Positions 1-6,859 of a stretch of 10,186 nucleotides of DNA are shown here, in pieces. Origin of the DNA: Sulfurimonadaceae bacterium (lineage in GTDB: Bacteria; Campylobacterota; Campylobacteria; Campylobacterales; Sulfurimonadaceae). The position numbers and the translations under genes were made by a program. Under the pieces are notes generated by a model. The model ran no database searches, was not told the DNA's origin, and worked only from the letters and a program-made list of their open reading frames with translations. The stretch spans positions 1 to 10,186 of the forward strand of contig JBFESZ010000075.1 of assembly GCA_041548245.1 (NCBI GenBank), written 5' to 3'. Position 1 is the stretch's first letter; each line of letters starts with the position of its first letter.

Positions 1-108
1 AAAACAGCGCCAAAGAGTAAAAAGATGACAAAACGTGGAGTATCAAAGCGTGAAGCTGAAACTCAAGTTCAGCCAAGAAGAAAATCAGGGAAAGGAAAAC
101 GTAAATAA
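1..108 (+). CDS. 3' end of an upstream gene (partial) encoding a Lys/Arg-rich tail, possibly of a DEAD/DEAH-box RNA helicase
   Basis: Frame 1 is open from the window edge and reads KTAPKSKKMTKRGVSKREAETQVQPRRKSGKGKRK*, with stop TAA at 106-108 overlapping the next ATG (TAATG). Basic low-complexity tails like this are typical of bacterial DEAD-box helicases, but no catalytic motif is in view, so the product is a guess. Confidence 0.55.
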   Translation, partial: KTAPKSKKMTKRGVSKREAETQVQPRRKSGKGKRK

Positions 109-446
109 TGGATGTTTACACATGGCTCAGTCCTATCTCGACACGAGAAGAATTCATTGCATTGATCGCACTTGTGGAAGAAGGTGATTTACAGGAGCTT
201 TTTATTGCGCAAAGCCTGGATGCAGGTGTCGCAGGAGAAGATTGGAAGGTCGGTCAAATCTTGGTATTTAGTTTTTCGTCTACAAATGAGGTGCATGAAA
301 AACTGCAAGCCATTTCAAAATGTATTAACCTGGATGATGTGGATGAAAGCTATTTTGACGAGGTTGAAGGTGTTTTTGTCCTTAAATCTGTTTTTTATCC
401 TGAGACTGATGCCCAAGAGGAACAAATCATTGCCCAACTGCGTTAA
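108..446 (+). CDS. Hypothetical acidic protein, 112 aa
   Basis: ATG overlaps the upstream stop (TAATG, translational coupling) and AAGGA at 92-96 is SD-like. The protein has about 23 D/E against 6 K/R. No family motif recognised. Confidence 0.75.
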   Translation: MDVYTWLSPISTREEFIALIALVEEGDLQELFIAQSLDAGVAGEDWKVGQILVFSFSSTNEVHEKLQAISKCINLDDVDESYFDEVEGVFVLKSVFYPETDAQEEQIIAQLR

Positions 447-459
447 TCTTGGATATACT
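443..459 (+). promoter_or_regulatory. Putative sigma70 promoter (extended -10 GaTATACT) for the downstream nuclease-fold gene
   Basis: TTAATCTTGGATATACT: -10 hexamer TATACT at 454-459 with G at -14 and an upstream TTAA, matching the Campylobacterota GnTAnAAT-type promoter. Predicted TSS ~466, followed by SD GAGGA at 480-484. Confidence 0.5.
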
Positions 460-527
460 TGTATCATTAAAACTTTTTTGAGGAAAATATAATTCTAAAA
501 CTGCCTAAAAGTATTGCTAATCTGGAA

Positions 528-1616
528 ATGGACCAGATTGGTGACAATCTACTCTACTACGATTACAGCATCAAACATTTGTTAAACCTGGATAAAAAAG
601 GCATTGATAAAGAATCCCCTGAGTACTTAAGCTCCTATCGCTCATTTGAAGGTGCGGTTTATGAAAACTATCTGTACGAGATGCTCCTGCTTTATGCGAA
701 AGAAAACCCTCAAATCGGTCAGTTCATTCTCAAAGGTCCACATGCAAAGAGTTCAGGTCATCTTTCGAATGCTCTGCATGTCAATAATAAAGGCCAGATA
801 GTTTACCGAACGCGTTCTATAGAGATCAATGAGTTTGATGGTCTGATTTATGGGGAGAAAGAGATCTATTTTATCGAGATGACATTGATCAAGTCAGTGA
901 CAAACCTCAAACGCCGTTTACGCAAGAAAAAAGCCCTGCTTGAAGTCCTCTTTCCCAATCATGATATTAAGGCACTTATAATACTTAGTGAGGGTGTGAG
1001 TGGAAGCAAGCAGCTTCCTGATTATTGTACCGTTTGGATAACGAAGCCTTTTGTCGCGGACGAGGTTTATGCCTGGTTAAAGGAGCATCCAAAGCGTAAG
1101 CGTAAACCTTTTAGGCGCCCGAAAGGTCCTACTCTGGTCAGTGATACTGTTTTAGATGTCTTTCCGTTTAAGTATTATAACTCGCTTGCTTGGATGTTAC
1201 GTAGGCTTCGTGCCAAACCTAATGCCGTATTGAACATGGGCTTTTTAAAGACAGAGGTATGTACTCGTTATATAGATCTTTTTACTAAGGTATACCTGGG
1301 TTATATGGAAGGACATGATTTTCAAAAGATGCATCCGCATATCCCAAATGTGACAGAGAAAGTGGTCGTCTCAATCGAAAAAGACCATACAGGTGCATTG
1401 CTCTTGACCTATTTCATGCAGCACAGCAGAAAAAAACTTGATAATGTGGTCATCAATAAGCGAGGAGAAGCCTCTGTCACAAAGAAAGACCCTTACGGGA
1501 TATCGGTGACAGAGGTGTATCATGTTCTGCGTATCATGGATGATTCTTATGTTTTGTCCATTAAAAACATCAAGATTGTGGATAAACTGCTGCGTTCATT
1601 AGATCCGGAGTCTTAA
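528..1616 (+). CDS. Hypothetical protein with a PD-(D/E)XK-like (restriction-endonuclease-like) N-terminal domain; true start may be upstream at 489/492
   Basis: 362-aa ORF. Helix GAVYE46NYLYE, strand INEFD104GL and strand IYFIE117MT give E...D-x12-E-x-T spacing, as in PD-(D/E)XK nucleases but with Thr in place of the Lys. Basic patches KRRLRKKK and KRKRKPFRRPK. The frame is open back to 471. Confidence 0.7.
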   Translation: MDQIGDNLLYYDYSIKHLLNLDKKGIDKESPEYLSSYRSFEGAVYENYLYEMLLLYAKENPQIGQFILKGPHAKSSGHLSNALHVNNKGQIVYRTRSIEINEFDGLIYGEKEIYFIEMTLIKSVTNLKRRLRKKKALLEVLFPNHDIKALIILSEGVSGSKQLPDYCTVWITKPFVADEVYAWLKEHPKRKRKPFRRPKGPTLVSDTVLDVFPFKYYNSLAWMLRRLRAKPNAVLNMGFLKTEVCTRYIDLFTKVYLGYMEGHDFQKMHPHIPNVTEKVVVSIEKDHTGALLLTYFMQHSRKKLDNVVINKRGEASVTKKDPYGISVTEVYHVLRIMDDSYVLSIKNIKIVDKLLRSLDPES

Positions 1617-2230
1617 AACCCTTCAAGTAATATATGCCAGATAATGTCGATCTCCTTGTCATTTAAAAAAAGAGTCGAGCCGGTAGAAAAAAGTTCTTCT
1701 ATGGCTTTTATATCCATCGGAAGGGCATGAATACACTGCGCATGGGCAGGTAAGAATGCGCGAATAAGCGTCAGCTCTTTTAGAATTCTCTCATCACAAA
1801 AAAAGCAGATCATCTCTTTATGCAGACGGCCTTCAAAAGCAAGTAGTTTAACATAAGACTCAATGGCAATACGTTTAGGGTTTTGCGTTTGCCAAATACG
1901 GGCAGCATCTTCTAGAAGTTCAAAATAGAAAGAATCGAGTTCCTCGCTCTCTTGAAGGTGTTTATGAAAGAGTGCCGTAAACTGCTGCCAGATAAAAAGA
2001 CGGCTTCTGTCTGTTATCCATGGAAATCCGAGGTGGATGACATCTCTGAGCCGAGCTATGGTAGACTTTACTGAGGTTTCTGTCTCAAAGTCGATTTTAA
2101 AACCGAGGTTGATGTGACCATGCCTTGCCCCATAAAAACGATAAAGTGTATATAAGTTATGATGCGTTAGAATAGTAACGATAACATCTTCGTCACGCGC
2201 TTTGTTGACGTTGATTATATACCCTTGCAA
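1613..2230 (-). CDS. recO: DNA repair/recombination mediator RecO, Campylobacterota type
   Basis: N-terminus (M)QGYIINVNKARDEDVIVTILT...LYRFYGARH...GFKIDFE, later NPKR...YVKLLAFEGRLH and a C-x2-C-x17-H-x2-C zinc motif match the short Helicobacter/Campylobacter RecO family. Homologs as I recall begin MQGY/MQGF, so TTG at 2230-2228 is preferred over the track's GTG at 2236. Confidence 0.88.
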   Translation of the reverse strand: MQGYIINVNKARDEDVIVTILTHHNLYTLYRFYGARHGHINLGFKIDFETETSVKSTIARLRDVIHLGFPWITDRSRLFIWQQFTALFHKHLQESEELDSFYFELLEDAARIWQTQNPKRIAIESYVKLLAFEGRLHKEMICFFCDERILKELTLIRAFLPAHAQCIHALPMDIKAIEELFSTGSTLFLNDKEIDIIWHILLEGF

Positions 2231-2260
2231 ATCCACTCACTTTTATCGTAATTTGAGTGA

Positions 2261-2266
2261 ATTTTA
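2261..2266 (-). promoter_or_regulatory. Putative -10 box (TAAAAT) for recO
   Basis: The minus strand reads ...AAGTG-TAAAAT-TCACTC... about 30 nt upstream of the recO start. TAAAAT is a common Campylobacterota -10. Confidence 0.4.
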
Positions 2267-2308
2267 CACTTGCTATATAAATATTTCCCTTAATACCCCA
2301 ATGATTAA

Positions 2309-2337
2309 TTAAGCTTTAATCGAGATTTTCATATAAT
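2309..2337 (+). promoter_or_regulatory. Putative sigma70 promoter for gltBD
   Basis: Perfect TATAAT at 2332-2337 with TTAAG at 2309-2313 upstream, in the AT-rich divergent intergenic region. It would give a ~85-nt 5' UTR ending in SD AAAGG (2416-2420). Confidence 0.45.
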
Positions 2338-2427
2338 GTACTACTTGTTTTCTTAAATAGGATAAGTTTGTTTAATATAAGCTTAAAACTAAAAAAGAAT
2401 TTATGAATTTATGCGAAAGGTCTTGAT

Positions 2428-5400
2428 TTGAATAAAAGATTAACTTCATTTAAAGATAACTGTGGATTTGGTTTAGTTGCCAGTATTAATAACATACCAT
2501 CTCATAAGTATTTAGAAAATGCCATTACAGCGTTAGAACGTATGATGCACCGTGGTGCTGTTGCTGCTGATGGTAAAACAGGGGATGGGTCTGGACTGTT
2601 GATGTCTATGCCAGTTAAGTTTATGAAAAAAGTTGCTGCAGAGGCCGGAATCGAGCTTCCTGAACAGTATGCGGTTGCCAAAGTTTTCACAAAAGAGTTG
2701 AAACATCTGGATGTGTTGGAGTCCATGTGTGAGAAGAATGATCTGAAAGTGATATGGAAACGTACGGTACCCGTTGACACAGATGCATTGGGAGAGCAGG
2801 CTCTTGAAACGCTTCCTCATATCATACAAGTTTTCATCAAACCGAACTCTTTAATCTCTACAAGACGTTTTGATGCACTTTTATACCTTTCACGTAAAGA
2901 GACAGAACATGCATTGCTTGAAGACCGCGATTTTTATATCCCGTCTATGTCCTCACGTGTGATCTCGTACAAGGGTCTTGTTATGCCTACGACGATCAAG
3001 CAGTTTTATGTTGACCTTCAAGATGACGACTTTGAAATCTCTTTTTCACTGTTTCATCAGCGTTTCTCTACAAATACACTTCCACAGTGGCGTCTTGCTC
3101 AGCCTTTTAGGGCGGTTGCGCATAATGGTGAGATCAACTCTGTTGAAGCCAACCGTTTTAATGTCGAAGTGAAATCAGAATCGATAAAGTCGGAAGTCTT
3201 TTCGGATGATGAAATCAAAAGAATTCTTCCTATCCTGCAAGAAGGGGCATCAGATTCAGCGTCTGCAGACAACTTTTTTGAGTTCTTGCTTGTAAACGGT
3301 ACAGACTTCTTTAAAGCAGCCCGTTCAGTGATTCCTGCACCATGGCAAAACGCGCCGCATATGGATGCAGAACTACGTGCTTTTTATGAATACAACTCGA
3401 CGGTATTCGAGGCCTGGGACGGACCGGCGGCATTCTCTTTGACAGATGGTCGTTACATCGGTTGTGTTCTTGATAGAAATGGTCTTCGTCCTTCAAAATA
3501 TATCATCACCAAAGATGGTATGTTGTTGATTTCGAGTGAGTATGGTGTCTTGGACATTGAAGAAGAGAATATCGTTGAGCGTAATCGTCTGCAATCAGGC
3601 CAGATGATAGGGCTTGACCTCAAGTATGGAAAAATCCTTAAAGATGAAGACATCAATGACTATCTCAAGGGAAGCAATCCATATATGAAATGGCTCAATG
3701 ATAACATGATCTACCTGCAAGAACATGTTGATGAGCAGTATATCAAACAGTGTGATTACACTACAGAAGAGTTGATCACAAGACAACGCTATTTTAATTA
3801 TACACATGAAGTTATTGAGCAGGTTATCGAACCGATGATGAAAGATGGCAAAGAAGCTGTAGGATCTATGGGTGATGATACGCCTATGGCTGCTTTTTCA
3901 GACAAGCAAAGAAACTTTTCTGATTTTTTCAAGCAGAAGTTCGCACAGGTAACTAATCCACCGATCGATCCGATTCGTGAAAAAGTGGTTATGTCTCTGA
4001 ACACAGGCTTTGGTGAAGTTCATAATATCCTGGATGACGCTCCTTCACATGCGCATCGTCTAAAAGCTATTTCACCGATCATTACTAAAGAAAAGCTGGG
4101 TGTATTACTTTCATTTGGTGATGAAAACAATGCACGTTACCAGGCTTGTTATAAAAACAAAACCTTTTCAACGGCATTCAAAGGTGAGATGAAAACAGCT
4201 CTGGATGAACTTGTCGCTACTATTTCAAAAGCGGTTAATGAAGAGGGTGTTCGTATTGTTGTTCTTTCTGATACGGAACTTTCATCGGAATTGGCTGTTA
4301 TTCCTATGTTGATGGTTGTAGGACGTTTGAACCATACATTACTTAAAGATGGAAATCGTCACTTGGTATCTATCGTCGCTCAAACAGGTGAAGTATATGA
4401 TTCACATTCAGCGGCTGCAATGATTGCTTTTGGGGCATCGGCAATTTTCCCTTACCTGCTTTTCTCGTCTGTTATAGCACGTTTAGAGCAGAGTAAGGCA
4501 TTGAGTATGAGTTGTCATGAAGCGATGAAGTCAGTTCATACAGCGCTTAATGGTGGATTGCTCAAGATTATGTCCAAGATGGGTATCGCGACTATTGCGT
4601 CGTATAGAAACTCAAGTCTTTTTGATATCTTGGGACTTTCATCTGAAATCTGTCAGGAGTGTTTTGCCGATGCTCAATCATTGATCCCAGGACTGGGTTA
4701 TGCTGATATTCAAGAGCGTATTGTAAAAGCACATAAAGATGCCTTTACAGAAGATGGATTTAAAAGTGTTTTCCCATTAACGATTGGTGGTTTTTACAAA
4801 TTTTATAATGGAGGGGAATATCATGACTTTGGTCCTGATGTCATCCATACTATTCATAAAGTTGTCGAATCGGGTAAAGAAGAAGATTTTGAAGCTTTAA
4901 AGAAACTGGTCAACAATCGTGGACAAAAGTTCATTCGTGACTTCTTGGAGATTAAATCGGATAAAAAAGCGATTGATATCTCCGAAGTCGAGCCAAAAGA
5001 GAAGATATTCAAGCGCCTTGCTTCTGCAGCAATGAGTCTGGGTTCAATCTCCCCAGAGGCACATGAGTGTATTGCCGAGGCAATGAACACGATCGGAGGT
5101 ATGTCAAACTCAGGTGAGGGTGGTGAAGACGCTGAACGTTTTGGAACAATTCGCAACTCGAAGATCAAGCAGGTGGCATCAGGACGTTTTGGTGTTACAC
5201 CGGCATATTTAAGATCTGCAGAAGAGATCCAGATCAAGGTGGCACAAGGTGCAAAACCGGGTGAAGGTGGACAGCTTCCGGGTCATAAGGTAACTGAATT
5301 GATTGCCAGACTGCGCCATACGGTTGCCGGTGTTACACTGATTTCACCACCACCACACCATGACATCTACTCTATTGAAGATCTGGCTCAGCTGATTTAT

Positions 5401-6858
5401 GATCTGAAGCAAGTCAATCCGAATGCAATCATTACGGTCAAACTAGTTTCTACTGCAGGTGTTGGTACGATCGCAGCAGGTGTAGCCAAAGCTTATGCCG
5501 ATAAGATTATCATCTCAGGTGGTGACGGTGGTACAGGTGCTGCACCACTTACTTCTATCAAATTCGCAGGTAATCCATGGGAACTTGGTCTGAGTGAGGC
5601 GCATAACGCACTTAAAGTCAACAATCTGCGTGGTCAGGTACATGTACAGACAGACGGTGGTCTCAAAACAGGTCTAGATGTTGTTAAAGCTGCACTACTT
5701 GGAGCGGAGTCTTATGCCTTTGGTACAGGTGTGCTGACTATTGTCGGATGTAAGATGCTTCGTATCTGTCATGTCAACAAATGTTCGGTAGGTATCGCGA
5801 CACAAAACGAGAAGCTGCGTGCTGATCACTATAAAGGTCAGGTGAAGCACGTTATCAATTATTTCACACTTCTCGCTGAGGATATCCGCGCTATTCTTGC
5901 TGGTATGGGTTATAGAAGTCTTGAAGAGATTATTGGTAGATCAGACCTTTTATCGGTCATTGATGATGAATTTGCCAAGAAGTTTGATTTTTCTGAAGTA
6001 CTCTATCATTGTGACGGTGTGGATACATGTCAGGTCGAGTCTAACGAACCGTTTGATCCAAACGATTTTGAGAAGGATGTACTTAAAGAGGTGATGAACA
6101 CGATCAAGCATCCTGAACAGAAGGTGACGATAAAACGTGATATCTGTAACTTGAACCGAAGTTTTGGTGCACGTATCTCAGGTGAGATCGCTCAGTATTA
6201 CGGTGATTCCGGTCTGGCAGCTGATACAATAAAAATCAAGCTTAGCGGTGTGGCGGGACAGTCTCTGGGAGCATTCTTGATCGATGGTGTTTCTCTTTAT
6301 CTTAATGGTCCAGCAAATGACTATATCGGTAAGGGTATGCTTGGTGGTAAGATTATTATCACACCTGAAAAGCAAGGGCCTGCTTTTGCAGCTGCTGGGA
6401 ATACTTGTCTCTATGGTGCTACAGGTGGAAAACTCTTTGCTTCAGGTGTCGCAGGTGAGCGTTTTGGTGTTCGTAACTCGGGTGCTTTGGCAATCGTCGA
6501 AGGCACAGGTGACAATGCTTGTGAATATATGACAGGTGGTATTGTCGTGATCCTTGGTAAGACAGGTATCAACTTTGGTGCAGGTATGACCGGAGGTATC
6601 GCTTTTGTTTATGATGAGTCACATGAGTTCGGTGAGAATATAAACAGAGAACTTATTGAAATTGAGCGTATTGATACGGATGAAGGTGATGAGGCGCGTC
6701 ATTATCTTAAAAAGTTAATTAAAGAGTATTATGACGAGACTGGAAGTATCAGAGCGAAAGAGATTCTGGATAATTTCCGTACGGACATCAGAGACTTCTG
6801 GCTGGTCCGTCCTAAAAATATGAAAAAACTTCCATTGGATATAGAGAAAGGAGATTAA
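2428..6858 (+). CDS. gltB: Glutamate synthase large subunit
   Basis: 1476 aa, TTG start 7 nt after AAAGG. Ntn-amidotransferase N-terminus DN|CGFG (Cys12), HRGA, HQRFSTNT, HNGEIN, WDGPA, DRNGLRP. FMN domain AAMSLGSIS, SNSGEGGE, KQVASGRFGV, QGAKPGEGGQLPG, SPPPHHDIYSIEDL. [3Fe-4S] motif GCKMLRICHVNKC. C-terminal GXGXG beta-helix (YMTGG, GAGMTGG). Confidence 0.98.
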   Translation: MNKRLTSFKDNCGFGLVASINNIPSHKYLENAITALERMMHRGAVAADGKTGDGSGLLMSMPVKFMKKVAAEAGIELPEQYAVAKVFTKELKHLDVLESMCEKNDLKVIWKRTVPVDTDALGEQALETLPHIIQVFIKPNSLISTRRFDALLYLSRKETEHALLEDRDFYIPSMSSRVISYKGLVMPTTIKQFYVDLQDDDFEISFSLFHQRFSTNTLPQWRLAQPFRAVAHNGEINSVEANRFNVEVKSESIKSEVFSDDEIKRILPILQEGASDSASADNFFEFLLVNGTDFFKAARSVIPAPWQNAPHMDAELRAFYEYNSTVFEAWDGPAAFSLTDGRYIGCVLDRNGLRPSKYIITKDGMLLISSEYGVLDIEEENIVERNRLQSGQMIGLDLKYGKILKDEDINDYLKGSNPYMKWLNDNMIYLQEHVDEQYIKQCDYTTEELITRQRYFNYTHEVIEQVIEPMMKDGKEAVGSMGDDTPMAAFSDKQRNFSDFFKQKFAQVTNPPIDPIREKVVMSLNTGFGEVHNILDDAPSHAHRLKAISPIITKEKLGVLLSFGDENNARYQACYKNKTFSTAFKGEMKTALDELVATISKAVNEEGVRIVVLSDTELSSELAVIPMLMVVGRLNHTLLKDGNRHLVSIVAQTGEVYDSHSAAAMIAFGASAIFPYLLFSSVIARLEQSKALSMSCHEAMKSVHTALNGGLLKIMSKMGIATIASYRNSSLFDILGLSSEICQECFADAQSLIPGLGYADIQERIVKAHKDAFTEDGFKSVFPLTIGGFYKFYNGGEYHDFGPDVIHTIHKVVESGKEEDFEALKKLVNNRGQKFIRDFLEIKSDKKAIDISEVEPKEKIFKRLASAAMSLGSISPEAHECIAEAMNTIGGMSNSGEGGEDAERFGTIRNSKIKQVASGRFGVTPAYLRSAEEIQIKVAQGAKPGEGGQLPGHKVTELIARLRHTVAGVTLISPPPHHDIYSIEDLAQLIYDLKQVNPNAIITVKLVSTAGVGTIAAGVAKAYADKIIISGGDGGTGAAPLTSIKFAGNPWELGLSEAHNALKVNNLRGQVHVQTDGGLKTGLDVVKAALLGAESYAFGTGVLTIVGCKMLRICHVNKCSVGIATQNEKLRADHYKGQVKHVINYFTLLAEDIRAILAGMGYRSLEEIIGRSDLLSVIDDEFAKKFDFSEVLYHCDGVDTCQVESNEPFDPNDFEKDVLKEVMNTIKHPEQKVTIKRDICNLNRSFGARISGEIAQYYGDSGLAADTIKIKLSGVAGQSLGAFLIDGVSLYLNGPANDYIGKGMLGGKIIITPEKQGPAFAAAGNTCLYGATGGKLFASGVAGERFGVRNSGALAIVEGTGDNACEYMTGGIVVILGKTGINFGAGMTGGIAFVYDESHEFGENINRELIEIERIDTDEGDEARHYLKKLIKEYYDETGSIRAKEILDNFRTDIRDFWLVRPKNMKKLPLDIEKGD

Positions 6859-6859
6859 G

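Noticed and set aside
172..492. 106-aa + strand ORF overlapping 108..446 in another frame
   Set aside because: It overlaps a better-supported, translationally coupled ORF, runs through the putative promoter and has no recognisable motif. Likely a shadow ORF.
2237..2427. Possible riboswitch or sRNA (e.g. glutamine-sensing) in the recO-gltB intergenic region
   Set aside because: The region is very AT-rich with only weak pairing potential and no recognisable Rfam-like consensus. An Infernal cmscan would be needed to exclude it fully.
2428..2463. GltB catalytic Cys at residue 12 rather than at the N-terminus
   Set aside because: This is normal: GltB is made with a propeptide that is cleaved to expose Cys1.
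2502..6532. Many 60-127 aa alternative-frame and antisense ORFs inside gltB
   Set aside because: All lie within a highly conserved gene. The Ser/Pro/Thr-rich antisense translations are the expected mirror of codon bias.
6230..6610. Recurrent (ac)aggtg/ggt motifs near the gltB 3' end suggesting DNA repeats
   Set aside because: They are explained by the Gly-rich GXGXG beta-helix repeats of GltB and GGT codon preference. They are not CRISPR or mobile-element repeats.
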